Both the position numbers and the translations under genes were made by a program. Positions 43,337 through 52,874 of a stretch of DNA of 64,000 bases are shown here, in pieces; within the stretch, counting starts at the first letter, position 1, and each line of letters starts with the position of its first letter. The notes beneath the pieces are model-generated. The model was not told the origin of the DNA. It did no database searches and saw only the letters and a list, made by a program, of their open reading frames with translations. The stretch is from an uncultured Gemmatimonadales bacterium (lineage in GTDB: Bacteria; Gemmatimonadota; Gemmatimonadetes; Longimicrobiales; RSA9), in the NCBI GenBank assembly GCA_963798085.1, contig CAWCRS010000007.1, positions 1,728,001 to 1,792,000 on the forward strand, written 5' to 3'.

Positions 43337-44191
43337 ATGTACGTGCTGCGTGAAGCGCTGCGCGCGTTCCGCCGCGCGCCCCTGCTGGCCGGATTGTCCG
43401 CCGGCATGATCGCGCTATCGCTGTTCCTGGTGGGCCTCTTCGGGATCGCCGCCTACAACATCCGCCGGGTGCTCGAGCGCGTGGAGTCGCGCGTCGAAGT
43501 GATCGCGTACCTCACTGATGACGCGACGCCCGAGGCAGTGAGTGAAGCGCAGCGTCAGATCGCCGGATACCCGGAAGTGCGCGAGGTGCGCTACATCTCG
43601 AAGGAAGCGGCGCTCATGCGTGCCAAGCGCGAGCTTCCGGAATTCGAATCGCTGTTCGGCGGGCTGGATGCCAATCCGCTGCCCGCATCGGTCGAAGTCA
43701 TGCTCAAGCCCAACCAGGCCGGACCGCAGGTTGTCGAATCGGTGGCGGCGCGCATCAAGCTGTACAACTTCGTCGAGGACGTGCGCTACGGCAGCGAGTG
43801 GCTGGACAAGATCTTCCTGCTGCGGCGAGTCGCTGCCACCGCCTCACTGGTGCTGGGCGCGGCCTTCGCCATCGTCGCGTCGCTGATCATCGGCGCAGCC
43901 ATTCGCATGGCCATCTACGCGCGTCGTGACGAGATCGTCATCATGCGCCTGGTCGGCGCGACCGAGAATTTTGTGCGCCAGCCGTTCCTGCTCGAGGGCC
44001 TGCTGGCCGGCGTGGTGGGGGGTGTGCTCGCGGTTGTCGTGACCTACGCCGCGTTCACGATTGTCTCGCGTTCGGTCATTCAGCTCGAGTGGCTGCCCAT
44101 GTCATGGATGGGTGCGGGTCTCGGCGCTGGCGCTCTCGTCGGTGTGCTGGCCAGCGCTGTTTCCGTGCGCCGCCATCTGAACGAGGTGTGA
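43337..44191 (+). CDS. ftsX: cell division permease
   Basis: ISKEAAL, NPLPAS, RRDEIVIMRLVGAT, PFLLEG. Confidence 0.93.
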   Translation: MYVLREALRAFRRAPLLAGLSAGMIALSLFLVGLFGIAAYNIRRVLERVESRVEVIAYLTDDATPEAVSEAQRQIAGYPEVREVRYISKEAALMRAKRELPEFESLFGGLDANPLPASVEVMLKPNQAGPQVVESVAARIKLYNFVEDVRYGSEWLDKIFLLRRVAATASLVLGAAFAIVASLIIGAAIRMAIYARRDEIVIMRLVGATENFVRQPFLLEGLLAGVVGGVLAVVVTYAAFTIVSRSVIQLEWLPMSWMGAGLGAGALVGVLASAVSVRRHLNEV

Positions 44192-44193
44192 CC

Positions 44194-45399
44194 GTGCGCC
44201 GGTGTCCTGCGATTCTGCTCGGTCTGTTGCTGCTGCCGCTGCCGGCAGCAGCACAGCAGGCGAATGCACAGAAGCAGCTGCGCGACAGCCAGGTGCGGCT
44301 GGACTCGATCCGCCAGGAACGCGCCCGCCTGCAGCGCGAAATGGACCAGCTGCAGACCCGGGCGCGCGACGCCTCCCGCGATCTCGTCAACATCGGCCGG
44401 CAGCGCGCCGCCTCCGTCAGCGCGTTGCAGGAGCTGGATTTTCAGGCCACTGTCGTGCAGGCCAGTGTAAACCAGACAGGGCAGGAGTTGACCGCCACCG
44501 AGCAGAAGCTGCACGACCGGTCCGCTGCGCTCAATCAGCGGCTGCGCTTCATCTACATGCGCGGCCCCCTCAGCGATGTGCGCGTGCTCCTCAGCGCCGA
44601 GAGCTTCGGCGATCTGCTCAGCCGCTACAAGTACCTGCACATGGTGACGCGGTACGATCAGATGGTGCTCACGGATGTGAAGCGGCTGGAAGCATCATCG
44701 AAGCTGCAGCAGGACGATCTGCAGCAGAGCATGGCGCAGCTCGATCGCGTGCGCTCGCAGAAGACGCATGAAGTGGAAGACCTGCGCCGGCTCGAGGGTC
44801 AATCGAAACAGGCGCTGGATCAGGTGAAGCAGGCGCAGGATGCCACGGCAGGCGCCATCAGCAAGGCAGCCAGCGACGAGCAGCGCCTGGGCAGCATCAT
44901 CGACCGACTGGAGAAGGAGCGTCTCGCCGAAGAGAAGCGCGCGGGCGCCGGCAATGCCACGCCCGCAACCATCACCACCACGGACCTCGGGACGCTCAAC
45001 TGGCCAGTGGAAGGGAAAGTAATCTATCGCTACGGCGCGGAGCGACGGCCCAACGGCGTCACCCTGATGAACAACGGGATCGGCATCGCGGCGCCGCCCG
45101 GAACGCCCGTGAAGGCGGTGGAAGCGGGCCGCGTGTCCCATGCCGGTCCGTTCGAAGGGTACGGCTCCATGGTCATGGTCAACCACGGTGGCGGTTACTA
45201 CACGCTGTACATGTATCTGAAAGCCGTGTCCGTGCGTGAGGGCGAGACCATTGCCGCGGGGCAGATCATCGGCACCGTGGGTGGCGAATCGTCGGAGGAA
45301 GGCGCGCACCTCGAATTCCAGGTGCGCGCACCCGTACGCGGCACCCTTCCCGAGGCGGTGGATCCATTGACCTGGCTGCGTTCCCGCGGCGGATCGTGA
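44194..45399 (+). CDS. envC: murein hydrolase activator (coiled coil + degenerate M23)
   Basis: Signal peptide, long coiled coil, WPVEG, NNGIGI lacking Zn ligands; follows ftsEX. Confidence 0.88.
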   Translation: MRRCPAILLGLLLLPLPAAAQQANAQKQLRDSQVRLDSIRQERARLQREMDQLQTRARDASRDLVNIGRQRAASVSALQELDFQATVVQASVNQTGQELTATEQKLHDRSAALNQRLRFIYMRGPLSDVRVLLSAESFGDLLSRYKYLHMVTRYDQMVLTDVKRLEASSKLQQDDLQQSMAQLDRVRSQKTHEVEDLRRLEGQSKQALDQVKQAQDATAGAISKAASDEQRLGSIIDRLEKERLAEEKRAGAGNATPATITTTDLGTLNWPVEGKVIYRYGAERRPNGVTLMNNGIGIAAPPGTPVKAVEAGRVSHAGPFEGYGSMVMVNHGGGYYTLYMYLKAVSVREGETIAAGQIIGTVGGESSEEGAHLEFQVRAPVRGTLPEAVDPLTWLRSRGGS

Positions 45400-46574
45400 G
45401 CGGGCTCGCGCCGGTACGCGGACACGACCGGGTGCGCCGCCAGCTGGCCGCAGCCCTGCTGCGCGCCGAGCTCGCGCCGGGGTTGCTCTTCGTGGGCCCG
45501 GCCGGGGTTGGCAAACAGCGTGTTGCGCTCTGGCTGGCACAGCTCCGGCTCTGTGAGCGGCCCACGCTCGACGGGCCCTGCGGCCAGTGCCGGCCCTGCC
45601 GACTGGTGCTGCGACTCGAACACCCCGATGTGCACTGGTTCTTCCCGCTGGCCCGGCCCAAGGTCTCCGGTGGTGCGGAGCGTCTGGGCGAAGCCCTCGA
45701 GGATGCGCGCGCCGTAGAGCTCGCTGCCCGCCGCGAAGACCCGTATTACACGGATTACAGTGATGAGCCAAGCGGCATCTACCTGGCGCACGCGCAGGTG
45801 ATCCGGCGCATGGCCGGCAGCCGGCCGGCCATGGCGGCGCACAAGGTGTTCGTGATCGGTAATGCCGATCTGCTCGTGCCCCAGGAAGCCAGTCCGGAGG
45901 CGGCTAACGCGCTGTTGAAACTGCTGGAGGAGCCGCCCACGGACACCACGCTGATTTTGACGACGAGCGAGGCCGACGCCCTGCTGCCCACGATCCGGTC
46001 GCGGCTGCTGCCGGTGCGCTTCGCGGCGCTGCCCGAAGCGGAAGTGACCGCCTTCCTGCAGGAAGTACGGCAACTCAATGCCGCGCAGGCCGGACTCGTG
46101 GCGCGACTGTCCCAGGGATCGATCGGCCGCGCCCTGGCGTTCCTGCCGCAGGGCAGTGATGCGGGGCCTCTCGAAGCCGCGCGCCAGCGGGCGTGCCAGC
46201 TGCTGGATGCCGCGCTCGACCTGTCGTCGCCGCAGCGCTTCGCGCTGGCCCTGGCACAGCAGCCGTACTCCGCCCGCGGCGACTTCAGCGCCACGCTCGA
46301 GTTCCTGACGCTCTGGCTGCGCGATCTGGCAGCCGTCGCCGCGGGCGCGCCCGAGGCCGTGGTGAATGCCGATGCCGTAGCCTGGCTGCAGCAGCGCGCG
46401 GACGCCCACCCGGCCGCGGGCGAGGGCGCTGCGGGCGCCATTCTCGCCGTGCAGCACGTGCAGGCGCTCACGCAGTTCAACATCAATCCGCAGGTGGCGC
46501 TGGGCAATGTGGTCCGCACCGTGGGCGAGCACCTGCGCCTTGCGCCCGGCGGACTGGCCGGCATCAGCGCCTGA
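45396..46574 (+). CDS. holB: DNA polymerase III delta-prime subunit
   Basis: [39 protein letters not shown]. Confidence 0.9.
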   Translation: MSGLAPVRGHDRVRRQLAAALLRAELAPGLLFVGPAGVGKQRVALWLAQLRLCERPTLDGPCGQCRPCRLVLRLEHPDVHWFFPLARPKVSGGAERLGEALEDARAVELAARREDPYYTDYSDEPSGIYLAHAQVIRRMAGSRPAMAAHKVFVIGNADLLVPQEASPEAANALLKLLEEPPTDTTLILTTSEADALLPTIRSRLLPVRFAALPEAEVTAFLQEVRQLNAAQAGLVARLSQGSIGRALAFLPQGSDAGPLEAARQRACQLLDAALDLSSPQRFALALAQQPYSARGDFSATLEFLTLWLRDLAAVAAGAPEAVVNADAVAWLQQRADAHPAAGEGAAGAILAVQHVQALTQFNINPQVALGNVVRTVGEHLRLAPGGLAGISA

Positions 46575-46630
46575 GGCCGACGGCCTCTCACAACCTGTTG
46601 GACCGACGCGCCGATCCCATGCGAGGACCT

Positions 46631-47182
46631 GTGCCGACACGCAAACACCGCAGCGCGCGCGCTGCCCGCCTGACGCACGTGGATGAGACCGGTCGCCCGC
46701 ACATGGTGGATGTGGGCGCCAAGGAAGTGACCGAGCGCGTCGCGCGGGCCGAGGGGCGATTGCTGATGCAGCCGGAAACGCTGGCACTCCTGCGCTCCGG
46801 CAGCACACCGAAAGGCGATCCTCTGCTGGTGGCGCAGATCGCCGGGCTGCAGGCGGCGAAACGAACGGCGGAGCTGATCCCGCTCTGCCACCCGCTGCCG
46901 CTGACGCACGTCAAGGTCGATGTCGAATTGGAAGAGGCGCCGCCGGCGGTACACGTCACCGCGAGCACGAAGGTCGCCGGCCGCACGGGCGTCGAAATGG
47001 AGGCGCTCACCGCTGTCAGCGTGGCGCTGCTGACCGCCTACGACATGCTGAAGGCGGTGGATCGCGGCATGACCATCACGGACATCCGGCTGCTGCAGAA
47101 GAGCGGCGGACGGAGCGGTACATGGACGCGCGTCGTCGCCCCGGATGCGGTTGCCCCGCGCAGTCGCAAACGGCGCGGGTGA
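46631..47182 (+). CDS. moaC: cyclic pyranopterin monophosphate synthase
   Basis: [41 protein letters not shown]. Confidence 0.95.
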   Translation: MPTRKHRSARAARLTHVDETGRPHMVDVGAKEVTERVARAEGRLLMQPETLALLRSGSTPKGDPLLVAQIAGLQAAKRTAELIPLCHPLPLTHVKVDVELEEAPPAVHVTASTKVAGRTGVEMEALTAVSVALLTAYDMLKAVDRGMTITDIRLLQKSGGRSGTWTRVVAPDAVAPRSRKRRG

Positions 47183-47185
47183 GGG

Positions 47186-48619
47186 TCAGCGCGAGGCCTT
47201 CACCACCAGCCGGTCACCCACGTGCAACACACTGTTAAGACGCAGTGCGTTCCACTCGAGCAGGTCCTGCGTGCGCACGCCGTAGTGGCGCGCAATCGCT
47301 GACAGCGTCTCGCCACGCTTCACCTTGTGCACGGTGGGCGTGACAGCCTTCGCCGAGGGTTTCCTGGGGCTGGAACTGCCGGGCCGCGACGCGATCTGCT
47401 CCGACGCCACCAGTCGGATGGAACCGCGCGGAATCCGCAGGCGCTGGCCCACGCGCAGCTGGTTGGCCCGCTTGATCCCGTTCGTCTCCTGCAACAGGCC
47501 CACACTCGTGCCGTACTGGTGCGCGATCGCGCCCAGGGTCTCACCCCGCTTCACCGTGTGCTCGAGAAAACGCACCCGCTGTTCCGGCGGGATGTTGGCG
47601 AATGCGGCTCGGAAGTCTTCCCCTGTGCCGGGCGGCAGATAGACGATCGTGCTGCGACCCGGCGGTGTCACCTGTTTCGGCAGCTGCGGATTCATGTCGA
47701 TGACTTCCTGCACAGACACGCCCGCGGCTCCGGCAATTACGCTGAGGTCGGTTGCGTCGGGGATGGTCACGGTATCCCTGGAAACGGGCTGCAACTGGAT
47801 CACATCGCCGAAGCCGAAGCGGTCGCGATTGCGCCCGATGATGGTGGCGGCGATCAGCTTGGGTACGTAATCCCGTGTTTCCCGCGGGAGCGCGGCGTGG
47901 ATACGCCAGAACAGGGAATCCGAGCCATCCGCGTTGGGGGCGCGTTTTGCGATTGCGCGATCCACGCGACCGGCGCCGCTGTTGTAAGCGGCGGCGGCCA
48001 GGTACCAGCTGTTGTAGCGGTCGTGCAGCTTCTCGAGGTGATTGAGTGCTGCATCCGTGGCCAGCTCGACGTTGCGGCGCTCGTCCAGGTATTCGGAAAC
48101 CTCGAGTCCCTCAATGCGGGCCGTGCCGGTCACGAACTGCCACATGCCCACCGCCTTGGCGCGTGAGCGCGCGACAGGCGAGAACCCGCTCTCGATCAGG
48201 GCGAGGTAGAGCAGCTCCTCGGGCAGGCCCCGGTCCCTCAACTTCTGCGTGATCAGGCCCTCGAAGCGCCCTTCGCGCGAGAGGTACGTCGCGAAATGGT
48301 CGCGCTCGGGTCCGGTGAAGATGTCGAGCCAGTACTGCACGCGTGGATTGATGACGAGGGGGATGCTGGTGCCCGACAGATCCAGGCCCTCAGGCGCCGC
48401 GGTGGTGCTCTCCGGTACCGAATCGCCGGGGGGCTCCGGGAACGGCGCCGGCTCCAGACCCGTCGGGTCCGAAATATCGACGTCGTCCACATCGAGCAGA
48501 GCGGGCGGCAGAATGACGGTCACTTCCGGCCGCGGTGGCAGGGGCTCGGAAGGCGCGTGTGCGCAGGCCGCCAGGACGGGCAGCATCGCCAGGTAATATG
48601 GAAACCGCATGAACCTCAC
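47186..48619 (-). CDS. mltD: MltD-like lytic transglycosylase with LysM domains
   Basis: Lipobox LAAC, LALIESGF, GMWQF, AAYNSG, ETRDYVPK, two HxVKRGETL LysM repeats. Confidence 0.9.
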   Translation of the reverse strand: MRFMRFPYYLAMLPVLAACAHAPSEPLPPRPEVTVILPPALLDVDDVDISDPTGLEPAPFPEPPGDSVPESTTAAPEGLDLSGTSIPLVINPRVQYWLDIFTGPERDHFATYLSREGRFEGLITQKLRDRGLPEELLYLALIESGFSPVARSRAKAVGMWQFVTGTARIEGLEVSEYLDERRNVELATDAALNHLEKLHDRYNSWYLAAAAYNSGAGRVDRAIAKRAPNADGSDSLFWRIHAALPRETRDYVPKLIAATIIGRNRDRFGFGDVIQLQPVSRDTVTIPDATDLSVIAGAAGVSVQEVIDMNPQLPKQVTPPGRSTIVYLPPGTGEDFRAAFANIPPEQRVRFLEHTVKRGETLGAIAHQYGTSVGLLQETNGIKRANQLRVGQRLRIPRGSIRLVASEQIASRPGSSSPRKPSAKAVTPTVHKVKRGETLSAIARHYGVRTQDLLEWNALRLNSVLHVGDRLVVKASR

Positions 48620-49239
48620 CGGGTGACGAGGTAGTTGCCGAGCAGTCGATTCAACGCATGCAGCACGGCAAGCGCCGCGGCCCGCAGTGGTTCCTTCCCC
48701 ACAAGCACAGCGCCGAGGTACTTCTGGAAATCCGGCCCCGGGCGATAGAGCGACACTACCATGAGTTCCGCGTCGAACGCCCGGACCTGCTTCACACCGG
48801 CCAGCCTCACTCCCACGGGGCGGTCCGATACGCCATCAAGAGCTTCCAGAGCGGCCTGTGCCGCCGTCCTCAATTCGATGTTGATTCCCTTCTCACCGGT
48901 TGCCTCGCCTTCCGCGCGCTTCCCCTTCCACTCCAGGGCCACGCGCACACGGACGTGCATATCGGCCTCTTCGACGCGTTCCACGCCCTCGAAGCGAACC
49001 CGCTCGCGGTCTCGCTGATCGGCCCGGATCAGGGCCTCCACCCTGAGACCCTCGCCGGCAAGCCCCTCGGATCGGATCGCCGCCTGAGCGGCTTCCGTGA
49101 CCTCGGAGGCATTGGCCTGCGGCTGGCAGACCAGCCAGATGCAGTGCTCCTCGATAATGGCATGGTCGACGCCAGCCAGGGCCTCGAGTTTTTCGTGCAG
49201 CGCCGGGAGTAAACGCGTGTTCTGGGCCACCAGAGTCAT
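48616..49239 (-). CDS. conserved hypothetical protein
   Basis: Clean 207-aa ORF whose stop overlaps the mltD start; C-terminal AALAVLHALNR helix. Confidence 0.75.
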   Translation of the reverse strand: MTLVAQNTRLLPALHEKLEALAGVDHAIIEEHCIWLVCQPQANASEVTEAAQAAIRSEGLAGEGLRVEALIRADQRDRERVRFEGVERVEEADMHVRVRVALEWKGKRAEGEATGEKGINIELRTAAQAALEALDGVSDRPVGVRLAGVKQVRAFDAELMVVSLYRPGPDFQKYLGAVLVGKEPLRAAALAVLHALNRLLGNYLVTR

Positions 49240-49348
49240 TCGAATCTCGGGTTCCGTTCGACTGCGAGGAGACCGGGGAGGGAAGAGGCGGGACTACCCA
49301 CGTAAGCGAAGCGTCGACCGGCTGTCAAGCCAGGAACAGCCTGCTCCG

Positions 49349-50818
49349 TCACAGGTGGTAGTTCGGTGCCTCCCTCGTGATCGCGACGTCGTGCGGATGC
49401 GATTCCCGCAACCCGCCCAGCGTAATGGGCATGAAGCTCGGCCTCGACTGCAGCTCCTGGATCGTGCGGCAGCCCAGGTATCCCATGCCGCTGCGCAACC
49501 CGCCCACCAGCTGGAAAACGACGTCCGTCGCGGGCCCTTTGTACGGGACCCGCCCCTCGATGCCCTCCGGGACGAACTTTCTGTTTTCCTGCACTTCTTC
49601 CTGGAAGTATCGGTCGGCAGAGCCCTGTTCCATTGCTGACAGGGATCCCATGCCGCGAACCGTCTTGAATCGGCGCCCCTCGAGCAGGAAACTCTCGCCC
49701 GGGCTTTCCTCCGTTCCGGCCAGGAGAGAGCCGAGCATCACGGCCGCCGCCCCCGCCGCCAGCGACTTCACAATGTCGCCGGAATAGCGAACACCGCCGT
49801 CGGCAATGATGGGGATTGCGTTCTCCACCCCCTCCACCGCGTCCATGATGGCCGTGATCTGGGGCACACCGACTCCCGTTACCACCCGAGTGGTGCAAAT
49901 GCTCCCGGGCCCGATCCCGACCTTGACCGCGTTGGCCCCGCGCTCCTTCAGGGCCCGGGCGCCGCCGGCGGTCGCCACATTGCCGGCAATGATCTGCGCT
50001 TCCGGGAACCGCTCCCGCGTCCGGGCCAGAGCCGCCAGAACCCCGACGGAATGGCCGTGCGCCGTGTCTATGACCAGAACGTCGCAGCCTGCCGCCAGCA
50101 GGGCTTCGGCCCGCGCCAGGTCGTTGATGGAGGTGCCTATTGCCGCTCCCGTACGCAGGCGGCCGTGACTGTCCTTCGAGGCATTCGGAAACTGCCGCCG
50201 CTTGAAGATGTCCTTCACCGTGATCAGCCCGCGCAGGCGTCCACTCTCGTCGACGACCGGCAGCTTCTCAATGCGTTCCCGGTGCAGGATTCGTTCGGCC
50301 TCTTCCAGCAATGTGCCCACCGGCGTCGTGATCAGACCCTCCGAGGTCATGATTTCGTGGACAGGCCGGTCCATACGAGTCTCGAACTGTAGATCGCGAT
50401 TCGTCAGGATGCCGCGCAGGAAGCCGGCTTCATCGACAATGGGAACGCCGCTGATGGAAAACCGCTCCATCATGCGAAGGGCCTCATGGAGCGGACGATC
50501 GGGAGTAAGCGTGATGGGGTTGAGGATCATTCCGCTTTCCGAGCGCTTGACGCGATCGACCTCTTCGACCTGCTGGTCAATGCCCATGTTCTTGTGGATG
50601 ATTCCGAGTCCGCCTTCACGCGCAATGGCGATGGCCATGCGCGATTCTGTGACCGTGTCCATTGCCGCCGAGAGCAGCGGGATGCTCAACTCGATGGCCG
50701 CTGCGAGCCGGGTGCTGACGGATGTTTCGCGTGGATGCACCTCGGAGTAGGACGGGACGAGCAGCACATCGTCGAAGGTGAGGCCCTGAGGAACGAACCG
50801 GTTGGCGCGATCGGTCAT
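49349..50818 (-). CDS. guaB: IMP dehydrogenase with CBS domains
   Basis: [45 protein letters not shown]. Confidence 0.97.
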   Translation of the reverse strand: MTDRANRFVPQGLTFDDVLLVPSYSEVHPRETSVSTRLAAAIELSIPLLSAAMDTVTESRMAIAIAREGGLGIIHKNMGIDQQVEEVDRVKRSESGMILNPITLTPDRPLHEALRMMERFSISGVPIVDEAGFLRGILTNRDLQFETRMDRPVHEIMTSEGLITTPVGTLLEEAERILHRERIEKLPVVDESGRLRGLITVKDIFKRRQFPNASKDSHGRLRTGAAIGTSINDLARAEALLAAGCDVLVIDTAHGHSVGVLAALARTRERFPEAQIIAGNVATAGGARALKERGANAVKVGIGPGSICTTRVVTGVGVPQITAIMDAVEGVENAIPIIADGGVRYSGDIVKSLAAGAAAVMLGSLLAGTEESPGESFLLEGRRFKTVRGMGSLSAMEQGSADRYFQEEVQENRKFVPEGIEGRVPYKGPATDVVFQLVGGLRSGMGYLGCRTIQELQSRPSFMPITLGGLRESHPHDVAITREAPNYHL

Positions 50819-50830
50819 ATCCCTTTCCCG

Positions 50831-50884
50831 AAAACGAAAAACGCCCGCGGCCGGGGAGTTTCACTCCGCCAGGGCCAGCGGGCG
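50831..50884 (-). terminator. intrinsic terminator inside the guaB leader
   Basis: CGCCCGC...GCGGGCG stem followed by TTTTTCGTTTT, ending 12 nt before the guaB ATG. Confidence 0.7.
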
Positions 50885-50924
50885 CATCCTTGGACGCTCG
50901 CCTGTATCAGGTCTTCCATGCGGC

Positions 50925-50954
50925 AAGCTAGAGACGCCGGTCGGCAGGTGTCAA
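50925..50954 (-). promoter_or_regulatory. sigma70-type promoter of guaB
   Basis: TTGACA-N18-TAGCTT. Confidence 0.65.
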
Positions 50955-50992
50955 GCAGCGCAACTGTCGCCTGGATGCGCGCATCGGGTGGT

Positions 50993-51415
50993 TCAACTGG
51001 CGCGCGTCCAGCGGTCCAGAGTGCGGCGGATCGGGTTGGGCAGGAGGCGGCCCACGTCGCTCACGCGCTCCAGCAGGTAACCCAGTTCACGAGGGTCGCC
51101 GTCCCAATGCTCGAGCAGAAGATCCGGTCCGATGCCACCCAGCAGGCGGGTCAGCGCCATTCCCACCAGATACACGTCGTCGAACCAGCCGAGAAAGCCC
51201 AGGAAGTCCGGAATCAGATCGGCGGGCGTGAGCACATAGAAGAGCACGAACCCGAAGATCGCCTTGTCCAGCGTGGAAACGCGCGCGTCACGCACCAGGC
51301 GGAAGAGCAGTCGGATCAGACGCGGGAGATTGCGTATGAGTGCGAGCGCTACGCCGGTCGCATCGAGTCGGCGCCGTCGCCGCCGACGACCTGCGAAACG
51401 GCGTCTGTCGCGCAC
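50993..51415 (-). CDS. YkvA/DUF1232 family membrane protein
   Basis: YVLTPADLIPDFLGFLGWFDD motif. Confidence 0.88.
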   Translation of the reverse strand: MRDRRRFAGRRRRRRRLDATGVALALIRNLPRLIRLLFRLVRDARVSTLDKAIFGFVLFYVLTPADLIPDFLGFLGWFDDVYLVGMALTRLLGGIGPDLLLEHWDGDPRELGYLLERVSDVGRLLPNPIRRTLDRWTRAS

Positions 51416-51416
51416 G

Positions 51417-51779
51417 TTACTCGCCCGGACGCGCGGGTTGCGCGCCGCCCGTCTTCTGCACTCCGGTTCCCGGTTCGCTCTGGCCTTCACCCAGAATCGT
51501 GCGACTGATTTCACGGCCGGCGTCGGCAACGCCCTGAAAGACACGCCGCGCGGTTCCCACCATGCCCACGGTGCCACTGATGACCTTCGGTGCCACGTTG
51601 CGCATGCGCATGCTGTCTTCGAGACGCTCGGCAAAGCGCTGCAGTCCGTCCGGCCGCGCGGCACGCGCGGCTGCGTATTTGCTCTCCAGGAATTCAATGT
51701 AATCCAGCACCTGGTAGACCTGCGCCTCCGGCAGGACGTTCAGCTTGCGCATGAGGCGCTCACGCAGGATGTCGTGCAT
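51417..51779 (-). CDS. hypothetical protein, DUF2281-like N-terminus
   Basis: MHDILRERLMRKLNVLPEAQVYQVLDYIEFLESKY. Confidence 0.65.
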   Translation of the reverse strand: MHDILRERLMRKLNVLPEAQVYQVLDYIEFLESKYAAARAARPDGLQRFAERLEDSMRMRNVAPKVISGTVGMVGTARRVFQGVADAGREISRTILGEGQSEPGTGVQKTGGAQPARPGE

Positions 51780-52016
51780 GACTTTCGATCCACTGTTACC
51801 GAGCGAGCTTCGCCACTCGCTCCAAGTCGAAGAATAACGCCGCTGCCGCCAGCTGGAAACGCACCACCCGTGGCGAGGGATTCCACTACTACGCCCCGCC
51901 GGGACGGGCGGTTGCAGCAGTTCAGGCCCTCGCCTAACGTACCGTGCGCGCCGTCGAGTGTGCTCGTACCTGTGCCGCGCGGGCTGATGCACCCTCTCAC
52001 GGAGGATTTCAGACAC

Positions 52017-52865
52017 ATGCCTTTTCTGCCGCTGCGGCAAGTCGTTCTGCCCGACGCTACGGAGCACCTGTACGAGACATGGCTTCAGGAACTGGCGCGA
52101 CGCCTTGAGCGTCCGGACTGCGATCGCAACGAGTTGTGCCGCGAACTCCTCACGGACCTGTACTACCCCGAACTGCGGGATCGACCGATGGCGTCGCTTT
52201 CCTCGACCTCGCAGCTGGCGCTGGCGCAGATGGATCCGCGCAATGTCACGCTGGAATCCGAATATTACGCCGACATCGACGCCGCGCGCTTCGCACCGGT
52301 CAAGCCGCTGCTCTGGCTATGGGAGATGTTCGACAAGAGTCCGGCAGGCGAGAACGTCGAGCTGGGTGTGCGCTTCCGGCGCGTGCTGGCGCATCACATC
52401 TTCCGCCGCTGCGGCCGCAACTTCAAATGCTTCCAGTTCGTGAAGTTTTCCTTCGGCTACAACATCGAGGCAGGCGACGACGTGGTGATCCACCGCTACG
52501 TCCTGCTCAATGATCGCGGCGGAATCGTGCTCGGCGATCGCTCATCGGTAGCGGATTACGGCAACGTCTATTCCCACACCCACGACCTGGGCGACCAGCG
52601 CGTTGTGTCCTCGCCTGTCACCACGCTCGAAGAAGGCACACGTCTCACCTATCACGCCACGCTCCTCGCCGGCAACCGCATGGAACGCGACTCCATGCTG
52701 GGTGCCATGGCCGTGGCGACGAAGGACGTGCCCGCGGGCTACGTCGCGGTGGGCATCCCCGCTGTACCGAAGATCCAGAAGCCCACGCCGGAAGCCCGGG
52801 CGAAACTGCCTGCCACGAGCGACCCGCTCGCGGGCCTGCAGGACGATGCGGCGGCCCGCACGTAG
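52017..52865 (+). CDS. left-handed beta-helix (hexapeptide) acyltransferase
   Basis: GGAGG RBS; IEAGDDVVIH, IVLGDRSSV, YSHTH, VAVGIPA. Confidence 0.85.
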   Translation: MPFLPLRQVVLPDATEHLYETWLQELARRLERPDCDRNELCRELLTDLYYPELRDRPMASLSSTSQLALAQMDPRNVTLESEYYADIDAARFAPVKPLLWLWEMFDKSPAGENVELGVRFRRVLAHHIFRRCGRNFKCFQFVKFSFGYNIEAGDDVVIHRYVLLNDRGGIVLGDRSSVADYGNVYSHTHDLGDQRVVSSPVTTLEEGTRLTYHATLLAGNRMERDSMLGAMAVATKDVPAGYVAVGIPAVPKIQKPTPEARAKLPATSDPLAGLQDDAAART

Positions 52866-52874
52866 GTCGCGCCG

